63,334 nt of DNA from a virus. Taxonomy: Duplodnaviria > Caudoviricetes. Numbering within the stretch: position 1 is the stretch's first letter; every line of letters begins with the position of its first letter. Shown one piece after another: positions 27,206 to 37,350 of the stretch. Location: positions 1 to 63,334 of IMG/VR virus record IMGVR_UViG_3300021961_000090; one strand, given 5' to 3'. The position numbers and the translations under genes are program-made. Under the pieces are notes generated by a model that worked only from the letters and a program-made list of their open reading frames with translations, made no database searches and was not told the origin of the DNA.

Positions 27206-28114
27206 ATGGCTATTTCACGCGCACAACTACTGAAAGAGCTACTCCCTGGCCTGAACGCCTTGTTTGGCATGGAGTATGAGCGTTACGGTGAGGAACACAA
27301 AGAGATCTACGAAACAGAGACCTCAGAGCGTTCCTTTGAAGAGGAAACCAAACTGTCTGGCTTTAGTGCCGCACCGGTCAAGAACGAAGGTTCTGCGATC
27401 TCGTACGACAACGGTCAGGAAGCTTGGACTGCTCGCTACAACCACGAAACCATCGCACTGGGTTTCTCGCTGACCGAAGAGGCCATCGAAGATAACCTGT
27501 ATGACAGCCTGTCGGCTCGTTATACCAAGGCGCTGGCTCGTGCTATGTCGTATACCAAGCAGGTCAAAGCGGCAGCAGTACTGAACAACGGCTTCTCAGC
27601 ATCCTATCCGGGTGGTGATGGTGTTGCTCTGTTTAGTGCTTCACACCCGCTGGTATCTGGTGGTACCAACAGCAACACTCCGTCAACCCCGGCAGACCTG
27701 AATGAAACATCGTTGGAAAACGCTGTAATTCAGATCGCTGCCTGGACTGACGAACGTGGTCTGCTGATCGCAGCTAAACCCCGCAAGTTGATTGTCCCGC
27801 CTGCATTGCAGTTCGTGGCAACCCGCCTGCTGGAAACAGAACTGCGTGTTGGCACTAACGACAACGACGTGAACGCAATCAAGAGCAACGGTTCGATCCC
27901 AGAAGGTCATACGATCAACCACTTCTTGACTGACATCAACGCCTGGTATCTGACCACTGACGTACCCAACGGCATGAAGCACTTTGTGCGTACCCCGCTG
28001 GCTCAGTCAATGGACGGGGATTTCGATACAGGGAATGTACGCTACAAAGCACGTGAGCGCTACAGCTTTGGGTGGTCAGATCCGCTCGGAATGTTTGGTT
28101 CACCTGGTGCTTAA
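27206..28114 (+). CDS. Major capsid protein
   Basis: MAISRAQLLKELLPGLNALFG...RYKARERYSFGWSD; followed by a terminator. Confidence 0.9.
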   Translation: MAISRAQLLKELLPGLNALFGMEYERYGEEHKEIYETETSERSFEEETKLSGFSAAPVKNEGSAISYDNGQEAWTARYNHETIALGFSLTEEAIEDNLYDSLSARYTKALARAMSYTKQVKAAAVLNNGFSASYPGGDGVALFSASHPLVSGGTNSNTPSTPADLNETSLENAVIQIAAWTDERGLLIAAKPRKLIVPPALQFVATRLLETELRVGTNDNDVNAIKSNGSIPEGHTINHFLTDINAWYLTTDVPNGMKHFVRTPLAQSMDGDFDTGNVRYKARERYSFGWSDPLGMFGSPGA

Positions 28115-28144
28115 TGCAGTAAAATCAATCACTTACGCGATTGA

Positions 28145-28173
28145 GAACCCCGCCTTGCGCGGGGTTTTTATTT
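28145..28173 (+). terminator. Intrinsic terminator after the MCP gene
   Basis: AACCCCGC-CTTGC-GCGGGGTT followed by a T-run. Confidence 0.8.
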
Positions 28174-28211
28174 AGTGTATGATTCCTCGTGTCGTATAAC
28201 AGGAGGAAGAA

Positions 28212-28802
28212 ATGGACTACTCTCAATATCCACAAGACCGCACAACTGCTAAGCAAACGGGCGCCAAGTTCTACTACACGGGCAAACCTTGCTCGCGTGG
28301 GCATGTAGCGTTACGCAAAACCAAAGGATCTTGCGTTGAATGCATGAAAGAAGACTGGGCAATTGATAATAAGAAGCGCGCGGAGAAGCCTAAGTCAGAG
28401 GCCGCCAAAGCCGCTGGCCGTCGGTACTACGAAAAGAATAGGGAGACGGTTAAAGCTAGGGCAAACGCTCGGCCTAAAGAAGAAGTGACTCAATACAAGC
28501 GAAAGTACAAAGAGGCCAATCCAGATCTGTACAAAGCTTTGGTTAGCATTCGCAAGCGCCGCCACCGCAACGCTACGCCCAAGTGGGTGACTAAAGAAGA
28601 GAAGTTGGCAATCCGAAAGCTGTACTTGCAGGCGATGAAGCTGACCAAACTAACTGGGGTGAAGTATGTGGTTGACCATGATTATCCGCTTCATGGGAAA
28701 GAAATATGCGGGCTTCATGTCTTGGCAAATTTAAGGATCATTACGCAGGAAGAAAACCTCCGTAAGTCCAACAAGTTACTTGACTCTCCCCCTGCTACCT
28801 AG
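28212..28802 (+). CDS. HNH homing endonuclease
   Basis: YTGKPCSRGH, TPKW, VDH..PL.G..ICGLHV..NL.I...EN. Confidence 0.85.
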   Translation: MDYSQYPQDRTTAKQTGAKFYYTGKPCSRGHVALRKTKGSCVECMKEDWAIDNKKRAEKPKSEAAKAAGRRYYEKNRETVKARANARPKEEVTQYKRKYKEANPDLYKALVSIRKRRHRNATPKWVTKEEKLAIRKLYLQAMKLTKLTGVKYVVDHDYPLHGKEICGLHVLANLRIITQEENLRKSNKLLDSPPAT

Positions 28803-28808
28803 TATAAA
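28780..28808 (+). promoter_or_regulatory. Sigma70 promoter for the downstream virion genes
   Basis: TTGACT-17 bp-TATAAA. Confidence 0.65.
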
Positions 28809-28892
28809 ACTCTCAATCCGGGTTACCCGGTGCGTTAGACAGTCCCGGCTGACTTCATGCAGACTAACGTACCTAACCGCATGAGGGAAAAC

Positions 28893-29345
28893 ATGGCTCT
28901 TTCTACCACCCAATCCATTTGGCGTTCGGGCGGCGGCGACACAACTCGCACTGCCTACTGTGGCTCTGGCTTGATGGCCGCACAGTTTTACGTTCCTAAC
29001 GCTGCTGCTACTGGCGCGACTGTCAAAGTATCTGACGCTTCTGGCGCTGCTGATTTGATTCTGCCTGCGGGCGCGGTTGTCGTATCTGTGGCTGTTAATG
29101 ACGCAGGTTCTGGCACTATCGACCTTGGCACTTCTGGTACTGTTAGTGGCACGACTGCTGGCGATATCGCACTGGCGCTGAGCGCAGCTGCTGGCACGAC
29201 ATCGATCGGTTCTGTTGTGACTGGTACTGCTACTACCGCGATGGCGTATGTCACATCGTCTGACAACAGTTCGGGCAGTGGCACTGTTGGCGGCTACATT
29301 ATTTACTTCGTAGCAGATCCGCTTGTTGGTCAGCAGAACGTCTGA
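28893..29345 (+). CDS. Virion structural protein
   Basis: Gly/Ala/Thr-rich; start MALSTT after GAGGG. Confidence 0.65.
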   Translation: MALSTTQSIWRSGGGDTTRTAYCGSGLMAAQFYVPNAAATGATVKVSDASGAADLILPAGAVVVSVAVNDAGSGTIDLGTSGTVSGTTAGDIALALSAAAGTTSIGSVVTGTATTAMAYVTSSDNSSGSGTVGGYIIYFVADPLVGQQNV

Positions 29346-29357
29346 TAGGAGGCCGTC

Positions 29358-29627
29358 ATGGCTATGCAAACAGACGTTAAGCCAACTACACTGACCTCTT
29401 CGGGCGTGGTATTTGAAGGCCGCGCCCGCGTGAAGGGTATGGCTATCACGCCCAGCGGCAGCGCTGGCAGCGTAGCAATTGCGGACGGCAGCACGACAGT
29501 CTTTACTATTTACACCATCGCATCTGGTGAGACGTTTAACGTCATCATTCCGGGCGAGGGTGTGCTGTGTCAGACAAACGTGTACGCGACGATTAGCAAC
29601 GCAAACTGCACGGTGTTCTATGGCTAA
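29358..29627 (+). CDS. Small virion protein
   Basis: IPGEG...TVFYG; RBS AGGAGG. Confidence 0.7.
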   Translation: MAMQTDVKPTTLTSSGVVFEGRARVKGMAITPSGSAGSVAIADGSTTVFTIYTIASGETFNVIIPGEGVLCQTNVYATISNANCTVFYG

Positions 29628-29874
29628 GAAGACCCCATCCTTATCGATCGGTCGCGGCGAAAAGCTGCCCGTATCTAAGGGTGCGGGGCTAACGGCCAAG
29701 GGACGTGCAAAGTACAACAAGGCGACTGGCAGCAACCTGAAAGCTCCACAGCCGGAAGGTGGTCCGCGCAAGAAATCTTTTTGCGCTCGGATGTCAGGTA
29801 TGCCAGGTCCGATGAAAGACGAGAAGGGCAGGCCGACAAGGAAGGCGGCTGCTCTTAAGAGATGGAAGTGCTAA
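29620..29874 (+). CDS. Small basic protein
   Basis: MAKKTPS...GLTAKGRAKYN...SFCARM...ALKRWKC. Confidence 0.7.
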   Translation: MAKKTPSLSIGRGEKLPVSKGAGLTAKGRAKYNKATGSNLKAPQPEGGPRKKSFCARMSGMPGPMKDEKGRPTRKAAALKRWKC

Positions 29875-30125
29875 CCGTGGATCTTGCATTTGTCTGGAAC
29901 GGCGCGCTGACGCTGTTTGTGGGCCTGTTTGCGTATGTGGCTCATGAAAAGTTCTCTGAGCTTGCGCGTATCACGATCTTGTTGAACAAGACCCGTGAGG
30001 AAATTGCACGGGATAACGTTACCAAGGCGGAAGTCGATCGCATCACGGATCACATAGATCAGCGATTTAATCGGTTGGAAAACAAGATTGACCAGCTGAT
30101 TGAGTCTCAACGGAGAGTGTTATGA
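29862..30125 (+). CDS. TM plus coiled-coil protein
   Basis: N-terminal TM; RFNRLENKIDQL. Confidence 0.6.
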   Translation: MEVLTVDLAFVWNGALTLFVGLFAYVAHEKFSELARITILLNKTREEIARDNVTKAEVDRITDHIDQRFNRLENKIDQLIESQRRVL

Positions 30126-32820
30126 AAAAGCGCAAGGTAAAGCGTTACGACGAAGGCGGCACAACTGAAGCTGTTGAGATGCCGGAGATTACCGAAGAGA
30201 CTGAGTCGGAGCGTCGGTCAAGAGATTTGCTGCGGCAGCAGGGCGAGGCCATTCGTGGCGAGGGTCCACGCACTATTGAGAAGTACATGTCCAACAAGCC
30301 TGCCACTCGGTCGGGCAGCTACACATCCCCAGTTGCAGAGACGTCAGCAGAAGATGAGGCAGAAGAAGTTCGCGCTGAGATGATGCGCCGCCGTGCTGCT
30401 GAGCGTCGTGCGCGTGAGCGTCGCAAGGCTGAAGCAGAAAGACAGAAAGCTGCTGAAAAACAATCTGTATTGCGCGGCGAGGAGTACGCAGCTCGCAAGA
30501 TTGGTGAGGGATACAAAAAAGCAGCGGAAGCTGGCATGGCCAAACCAGCCGAGAAGAAGTCAGGCTTTGGTCCAAAGATTACATTTGGTACGCCGGCACA
30601 GTTGGAGAAAGCCAGAAAGGCTTATTACTCTGGCTTTAAGGCGGGCGGTAAAGTTTCGTCGGCATCTAAACGTGCAGACGGTATTGCCACTAAAGGCAAG
30701 ACACGCGGGAGGATCTGCTAATGGCTACGCAACCAAAGCCAAAACCTGGCTCTGGCACTACAGAGGGTACGGATCCGGGATCGGCGGAACGCAATCTGCG
30801 TTTAATGTATGACGAGATGAAAGCTGACGAGCGCCAACGTAAGGCGCGCGAGCAGTATGACAAGGACAAGGCCAAGAACTTTAAGAAAGGTGGTCGTGTG
30901 AAACGATATGCAGACGGTGGCAATGTTTCCACTCAGCAGCCTACCTACCCGTTCTACGGCAATACGCCACAGCCTTCTACAACTCAACCAGAGACTGGCG
31001 TAAACCAAACTTTTAACATTCAGCCTTCTGCTTCAGCTGGTCAGCCTACTCAGATGAAGAAGGGCGGCAAGGTTTCATCTGCCTCTAAACGTGCAGACGG
31101 TTGCGCGACTAAGGGCAAGACACGCGGGAGAATGGTGTGAAACCGCAAGCAAAAGTTTCTCGTGTGATGCGGGAGTTTAAGAAGGGCGATCTGAAGTCAT
31201 CGTCCGGTCAGAAGGTGACCAACCCCAAGCAGGCCATTGCAATTGGCCTTTCCGAAGCTGGTATATCCAAGAAAGCAAAAGGTGGCGAAATGAAAGAGTC
31301 AAAGGCAATGATGAAGAAGGAAGTGTCGTTCATGAAAAAGAAGGGCGCTCCTAAAGCTATGTTGAAGCACGAAGAGGCTGAGATGGGCGCAATGAAGCAT
31401 GGCGGCAAGGTTAAGAAAATGGCAGGCGGTGGCCTGGCTGCTGGTCACAAATCAGCTGACGGTGTTGCCTCTAAAGGCAAGACTAAAGCCAAGCAGGTTG
31501 TGATGAAGGGCGCCGGCAAAGGCATGAAAAAAGGCGGCTACTGCTAATAGGGGTATGACATGATGCCTTCACGCGGGATGGGTGCTGTGCGCCCAGCGGT
31601 TATCAGGAAGATCAAGAAGCGGGACGGCAACGAACCCGTGACGATCTACAAGGACGGCGGGAAGGTAAACGCCGCTGGCAATTACACCAAGCCAGAACTG
31701 CGCAAGCGGATCGTGGCGCAGGTAAAGGCAGCGGCTACGCATGGCACTGGTGCAGGTCAATGGTCAGCCCGCAAGGCACAGCTAGTGGCAAAGAAGTATA
31801 AAGCGGCAGGAGGAGGCTATCGTGGCTAGCAAGTTTCCAGATCTCACCGGCGACGGCAAGGTAACGCAAGCAGACATCTTGAAAGGTCGCGGCGTTGAAG
31901 GTATGAAGAAAGGTGGCTCCACAAAAAAGTGGATCCAGAGCGCGATCAAGAAACCGGGCGCACTACGCGCTCAACTTGGCGCAAAAGAAGGCAAGCCAAT
32001 CCCCGCTAAGAAACTGGCGGCTGCTGCTCAAAAACCCGGAAAATTGGGCCAAAGAGCGAGACTTGCTCAAACTTTGAAGAAGATGAAGTGATATGAAGAA
32101 GCGCAAGAAATTTGACGGTGGCGGTTCGGTGATGGATAAGCCGAACAAAGATATGCGCGACCCCGCATATCGCAAACAGCTAGAGCGTGAACAGGCGCTT
32201 GAAACTTCCACGCCAGAGTTAATGCTTGCGGGTTCTGCGATGGGGGCAAGGCCGGTCATCAAAAAATTAATGGCACGCTCTAAACAACCATCTAAATCTT
32301 TAACAAAAAATATTACGATTGGGCAAGATGTTGAAAAAGCAAATAAATACGGCTTGCCAAAAGAATTAAAAGACATCGCGAATGAGACAGAGCTAACGGA
32401 AAGGGGTTTAAAAGGCTTCATAAAATCCATGGGTCGTTTAGCGCTTGACATTCCAGCGCTAGACGCTTTGCGCAGAAGCTCTTTTAATAATTCACAAGAG
32501 GGCTATAAAAAAGGCGGAAAAGTATTGTCTGCCTCCAAGCGTGCAGATGGAATAGCGCAGCGCGGTAAGACGCGGGGTATGATGAAATGAAAGCCCCACA
32601 GCAAAGTTTAAAAGCGTGGGGCGAGCAAAAATGGCGCACAAAGAGTGGCAAGCCGTCCTCAAAGACAGGCGAGAGATATTTACCGGAGGCAGCGATAAAG
32701 TCACTGACACCGGCGGAGTACGCAGCAACGACGAAGGCAAAACGGGCAGGCAAGAAAGCTGGCAAGCAGTTCGTCGCGCAACCAAAACGTATAGCCCAGA
32801 AGACCGCGAGGTTTAGATAA
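30122..32820 (+). other. Cluster of 7 small Lys/Gly-rich proteins (30122, 30721, 31137, 31560, 31822, 32093, 32587)
   Basis: Coupled ORFs; six carry [YFM]xxGG motifs; three end in ASKRADG.A..GKTRG. Confidence 0.75.
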
Positions 32821-33552
32821 ATGGCTGAGACTACAACCACAACGAGCTTTAACCCAACGCTCAACGATCTTATTGAAGAGGCGTTTGAACGTTGCGGACT
32901 TGAGCTGCGTAGTGGCTATGATTTTCGTACTGCCCGTCGCAGCCTGAACTTCTTGCTGACAGAGTGGGCGAACCGAGGCATCAACCTGTGGACGATCGAG
33001 CAGGGTCAAATCACGTTAGTACAAGGGACACATACCTATGATCTGCCTATCGACACCGTTGATCTTCTTGAGCATGTTATTCGTACTTTCCCTGGCTCTA
33101 CTGCCAACCAGATTGATATCAACATTAACCGGATCTCAGTATCCACGTACGCAACCATCCCAAACAAACTGACGCAAGGGCGCCCGATTCAGGTTTGGGT
33201 GAACCGTCAGTCTGGTCAGACAACGGATGGAGAAATAGCGTACCCGCAGATTAATGTGTGGCCAACGCCAGATCAGGGGACATTAGAGTCGCCGTACTAT
33301 TACTTTGTGTACTGGCGGCTGCGCAGGATATTTGACGCCGGCAACGGTGCGAACGTGGAAGATATTCCATTCCGTTTCCAGAACTGCTTGGTAGCGGGCT
33401 TGGCGTATATGCTGGCCATGAAGCTGCCGAATGCGTTTGAGCGGTTGCAGATGTTGAAGGCGCAGTATGACGAGGCATGGGAAATGGCAGCTGGGGAGGA
33501 TCGTGAGAAGGCGCCAGATCGTTTAGTGCCACGGATGATTACTTATAGGTGA
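32821..33552 (+). CDS. Head-tail adaptor-like protein
   Basis: IEEAFERCG, EWANRGINLW, GRP.Q, VWPTPD, AGLAY. Confidence 0.65.
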   Translation: MAETTTTTSFNPTLNDLIEEAFERCGLELRSGYDFRTARRSLNFLLTEWANRGINLWTIEQGQITLVQGTHTYDLPIDTVDLLEHVIRTFPGSTANQIDININRISVSTYATIPNKLTQGRPIQVWVNRQSGQTTDGEIAYPQINVWPTPDQGTLESPYYYFVYWRLRRIFDAGNGANVEDIPFRFQNCLVAGLAYMLAMKLPNAFERLQMLKAQYDEAWEMAAGEDREKAPDRLVPRMITYR

Positions 33553-33555
33553 TGT

Positions 33556-34053
33556 ATGCCTAGCCCATTTGACAGAGATGATTTGCTGTTAGCTTGGATC
33601 GCTGGTTTTTTTGACGGCGAAGGGTGCGTCATTGTTGAGCTATCAAACATGCCAGGCTGCATTAGGGGTAAAAGAACTTCATTGCATGCAACATTGACTC
33701 AAACCAGCACAGACTGCCTTGAGATTGTTAAGGAGCGGTTTGGCGGAAACATTAAAGTGTCAGACGTGCGCAAAGAGAATACGCGACGGTGGGCAGTGCA
33801 ATACACATGGGTAGTCAGAAATGAAAACGCCTTAAAGTTTTTTAAGGAAATATTACCGTACGCTATAGTTAAAAAATCTCAGATTGAGCTGGCCTTGCAG
33901 TATCCCTTATTTAATGAGCAGGGTAAAAAGTTTGGCCGGGCAGACAATCCGATTCCAGATGATGTATGGGAAAAAAGATTGCAGATTAGGTTGGGTTTGC
34001 AAGAAATTAGGCAAAGCATGAAAACTGCCGCAACTGTGCTAGAGGCTGCATAA
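33556..34053 (+). CDS. LAGLIDADG homing endonuclease
   Basis: AWIAGFFDGEGC, FGG, LPY.IVKKSQ. Confidence 0.85.
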   Translation: MPSPFDRDDLLLAWIAGFFDGEGCVIVELSNMPGCIRGKRTSLHATLTQTSTDCLEIVKERFGGNIKVSDVRKENTRRWAVQYTWVVRNENALKFFKEILPYAIVKKSQIELALQYPLFNEQGKKFGRADNPIPDDVWEKRLQIRLGLQEIRQSMKTAATVLEAA

Positions 34054-34481
34054 TGCCTAGCAAGTATGCATCGGGCAAAAGATCTATTGCTGAGTGCGAT
34101 AGATGCGGTTTTCGCTACATGCTTAAGGAGCTAAAAACTCTTACCATTAAGACAAAGAATGTAAAGATTAAGGTATGCCCAACGTGTTTTGAGCCGGATC
34201 AACCTCAACTTAGCCTTGGTCTTTACCCAATTAATGATCCACAAGCCGTACGGGAACCAAGGCCGGATGTCAGTTACACCCAGTCTGGTTACACGGGGAT
34301 TCAGACAAAGTTTCAAACTGGACCTGCTGAAGATGAGACTGGATATCCGGGCGGTGGTAGTAGGATTATTCAATGGGGCTGGTATCCAGTAGGCGGATCT
34401 AGGGCTAACGATGCTGGACTGACGCCAAACAATTTGGCAGTGCCTGGGGTAGTAAATAGCGTAACGGTATTAACAACGTAG
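34053..34481 (+). CDS. Zn-binding conserved protein
   Basis: ECDRCG...VCPTC.EPDQPQL...PRPD. Confidence 0.7.
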   Translation: MPSKYASGKRSIAECDRCGFRYMLKELKTLTIKTKNVKIKVCPTCFEPDQPQLSLGLYPINDPQAVREPRPDVSYTQSGYTGIQTKFQTGPAEDETGYPGGGSRIIQWGWYPVGGSRANDAGLTPNNLAVPGVVNSVTVLTT

Positions 34482-34490
34482 GAGTTCAAA

Positions 34491-34655
34491 ATGGATACGA
34501 GCAAGATGAAGTCTATTGCTTCCAAGGCGGTCAAAACCCACGAGAAGCGTATGCACAACATGGCAAAAGGTGGCGTAACTGGCGAAGCCATGAAAAAATA
34601 CGGGCGGAATGTAGCGCGCGCGATGAATCAGCGTGGATCTGGAAGGGGTCGATAA
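34491..34655 (+). CDS. Small basic protein (54 aa)
   Basis: Translated by hand: MDTSKMK...HEKRMHNMAKGG; RBS AGGAG. Confidence 0.6.
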   Translation: MDTSKMKSIASKAVKTHEKRMHNMAKGGVTGEAMKKYGRNVARAMNQRGSGRGR

Positions 34656-34921
34656 TGGCTAAGTTTTCCCAAAAGGTAAAAGGCAAAGAGGTTGGCTCTG
34701 CATCCACGTACGCTCAGCCGCATACGATGGAAGGCAGCGCGACGAACGTTAATGCCTACAGCGGATATACGCCTGGTGCTAAGGTGCTAGACCAGATTAA
34801 CCCGTCGATCGGCGGTATTAGCAAAGGCAACTACAAGCCGATCAATCCATACGGTGTTGGTGAGATGCGTGGTTACGGCGCGGCTACCAAAGGGCGCAAG
34901 ATCAGCGGGAAGATGGGCTGA
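34655..34921 (+). CDS. Small basic protein
   Basis: MRGYGAATKG. Confidence 0.65.
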   Translation: MAKFSQKVKGKEVGSASTYAQPHTMEGSATNVNAYSGYTPGAKVLDQINPSIGGISKGNYKPINPYGVGEMRGYGAATKGRKISGKMG

Positions 34922-34922
34922 G

Positions 34923-35591
34923 ATGACATATACAGAGCTAGTCAACGCCATCAAGGCGTACACAGAGAACTACGATTCAGACTTTGAATCGTACATTCCC
35001 ACGTTTGTCCGGCAGACGGAGACGCGGGTATACAACTCTGTGCAGATTCCTGCGCTGCGTAGGAACGTGACTGGCCTGCTAACGGCAGAGAATAAATATC
35101 TGTCGGCGCCATCTGACTTCTTGGCGGTGTACTCACTGGCAGTAGAGGATCAAGAGGGACAGTATCACTACTTGCTGGATAAGGATGTGAACTTTATCCG
35201 CGAGGCGTATCCCACGCCCACAGATCTTGGCCTGCCTCTGTACTACGCCATCTTTGGCCCGACAGTGGTGAACAACTCGGTTACGACAGAGCTAACGTTC
35301 ATCTTGGGGCCGACACCCAATCAGGCGTACAACGTAGAGATGCACTACTACTATTACCCTGAGTCGATTGTGACCGCAGGGACTACGTGGCTGGGCGACA
35401 ACTTTGATCCAATCCTTCTGTATGGTTCCTTGAGAGAAGCGATTTTGTTTATGAAGGGCGAACAGGATATAGTTTCTTACTACGAAAAAATGTATCAAGA
35501 GGGACTATCTCAGCTTGTGAGACTTGGTGCTGGTCTAGAGCGTCAGGATTCATATCGTTCTGGACAAGCTCGAGTAAAGGTTTCAACATAA
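34923..35591 (+). CDS. Tail tubular/adaptor-like protein
   Basis: MTYTEL..AI, PSDFL, GPTP, LLYGSL.EA. Confidence 0.65.
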   Translation: MTYTELVNAIKAYTENYDSDFESYIPTFVRQTETRVYNSVQIPALRRNVTGLLTAENKYLSAPSDFLAVYSLAVEDQEGQYHYLLDKDVNFIREAYPTPTDLGLPLYYAIFGPTVVNNSVTTELTFILGPTPNQAYNVEMHYYYYPESIVTAGTTWLGDNFDPILLYGSLREAILFMKGEQDIVSYYEKMYQEGLSQLVRLGAGLERQDSYRSGQARVKVST

Positions 35592-36151
35592 TGAAATTAA
35601 CAAGGAAAGAAGCATTGCTTGCCAAGGAATCCCAATATTTCACTGGGGTTCCTTGTAAGCATGGGCATTTGGCTGCAAGACGAGCAAAAACTGGTGAATG
35701 CTTAAAATGCAGAGCTTTAAAATTAACAGTCTGGAGAAAAGAAAATTGTGAAAAAGTAAAAATTCACAACACTCACCAGTACAAAAAACATTCTGAAAAA
35801 ATAAAAATACAAGCGAAAAAATATTACATTGAAAATTCTGACGTAGTTAAACAAAAACAAAGAGAGTATCAAAAGAAAAATATTTCAAAATATATTGCAA
35901 ATAACACAAAAAGAGAATTGTCAAAAAAACAGAGAACGCCGGCATGGCTTACGGAAGAAGATTATTGGATGATTGAACAGGCCTATGAGTTGGCTACTTT
36001 GCGAACTAAACTTTTAGGGTTTCCTTGGAGCGTAGATCACGTTATTCCATTGCAGGGCAAAAATGTCTCTGGGTTGCATGTGCCGATAAATTTACAAGTT
36101 ATTTCGGCTAAAGCAAATCGACAAAAGTCCAATAGGTATGAGGTGACGTAA
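35591..36151 (+). CDS. HNH homing endonuclease
   Basis: YFTGVPCKHGH, RTPAW, VDHVIPLQG..VSGLHV..NL; AT-rich. Confidence 0.85.
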   Translation: MKLTRKEALLAKESQYFTGVPCKHGHLAARRAKTGECLKCRALKLTVWRKENCEKVKIHNTHQYKKHSEKIKIQAKKYYIENSDVVKQKQREYQKKNISKYIANNTKRELSKKQRTPAWLTEEDYWMIEQAYELATLRTKLLGFPWSVDHVIPLQGKNVSGLHVPINLQVISAKANRQKSNRYEVT

Positions 36152-36567
36152 TGGCGCTCCGTCAAGGATTGACCACAAGTTTTAAGAAAGAGATTTTGCT
36201 GGGTCAGCACAATCTGGAATCGAACACGCTGAAGATTGCGTTGTATACGGCGCTGGCAACCCTTGATGAGAACACGACTGAGTACACCACAACCAACGAA
36301 ATTACTGGTACGGGGTACACGGCAGGCGGTGAGACGCTATCGGGTGTGTCTGTGTCAACGTCAGGGCTAATTGCGTACGTGAGTTTTGACAATGTGGTGT
36401 GGGATCCTGCGTCGTTTACGGCTAGAGGCGCGTTAATTTATAACGAGAGTGTTGGCAATAAGTCGATTGCAGTTTTGGATTTTGGGTCAGACAAGATCAC
36501 GACAACGAAGTTTACTATTGAGGTCCCGCCAGACACGGCAACGGCGGCGATTATTCGCATAACGTGA
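36151..36567 (+). CDS. Tail structural protein
   Basis: SFK.EIL, KIALYT, GYTAGG, ARGALIYN, VLDFG.DK. Confidence 0.7.
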   Translation: MALRQGLTTSFKKEILLGQHNLESNTLKIALYTALATLDENTTEYTTTNEITGTGYTAGGETLSGVSVSTSGLIAYVSFDNVVWDPASFTARGALIYNESVGNKSIAVLDFGSDKITTTKFTIEVPPDTATAAIIRIT

Positions 36568-36576
36568 GGAGTTATC

Positions 36577-37161
36577 ATGCAAGTAGAACAGGCCAAAGCT
36601 AACGACATTGTTACCAGCACGGTAACTCGCACGGGATCAACTGTTGATACTGCCTATGCCGGCGGTGTATTTCACTTTGAGTGCTATGACATGAATGGCA
36701 ATCTCAAGTGGGAAGACAGCTGCCATAACTTGGTGGTCAATGTCGGCTTGAAGTTTATCAACGACACGGTACTGACCGGATCTGGTTACACGGCGGCGTG
36801 GTATGTGGGATTGATCACTGGTCCAGCAGCTAACACGACGATCAGCGCTACAGATACGCTGGCATCTCACGGTGCAACAGGTTCTGGCGGCTGGACAGAA
36901 GATACCAATTACTCGGGCAGCAGGCCGGCGATTACGTTTGGCGCGGCTACTACTGCTAATCCAGCGGTATCGACTAACGGCACAGCTGTGCAATTTACGA
37001 TGAACGGCACAACGACGGTTGCAGGCGCATTCTTGGCAAACGTTGCATCTGGCACGTCAGGTACGCTGCTGTGCGCATCTGACTTCCAAGCGCCAGGCGA
37101 TCGATCGGTGGTAAGTGGTGACGTGCTGAATGTGACCTACACATTCAACATGGCTGCTTAA
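36577..37161 (+). CDS. Tail structural protein
   Basis: KWED..HNLVVN.G, GDVLNVTYT. Confidence 0.7.
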   Translation: MQVEQAKANDIVTSTVTRTGSTVDTAYAGGVFHFECYDMNGNLKWEDSCHNLVVNVGLKFINDTVLTGSGYTAAWYVGLITGPAANTTISATDTLASHGATGSGGWTEDTNYSGSRPAITFGAATTANPAVSTNGTAVQFTMNGTTTVAGAFLANVASGTSGTLLCASDFQAPGDRSVVSGDVLNVTYTFNMAA

Positions 37162-37174
37162 TAAGGGGTAGATC

Positions 37175-37348
37175 ATGTTCAAAAAGGGTGATGTAGTCCG
37201 CGCGAAGGTAACTGTACCGCAGGGTCCGATTACCAAAATGCGCATGGATGAGGATGGCGTGGTTGAGTATTTGGTGGAGTGGACTGACGGCGCTGGGATG
37301 GTGCAGCAGCGTTGGTTTACGGAAGATCAGATTGAGGCTGTGGGCTAA
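37175..37348 (+). CDS. Small DUF2158/YodC-like protein
   Basis: Translated by hand: MFKKGDVV...VEW.D..G..QQRWF.EDQI. Confidence 0.5.
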   Translation: MFKKGDVVRAKVTVPQGPITKMRMDEDGVVEYLVEWTDGAGMVQQRWFTEDQIEAVG

Positions 37349-37350
37349 AC

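Noticed and set aside
33556-34053. Group I intron or intein around the LAGLIDADG gene
   Set aside because: The flanking genes look intact and abut it directly, leaving no room for a ribozyme core.
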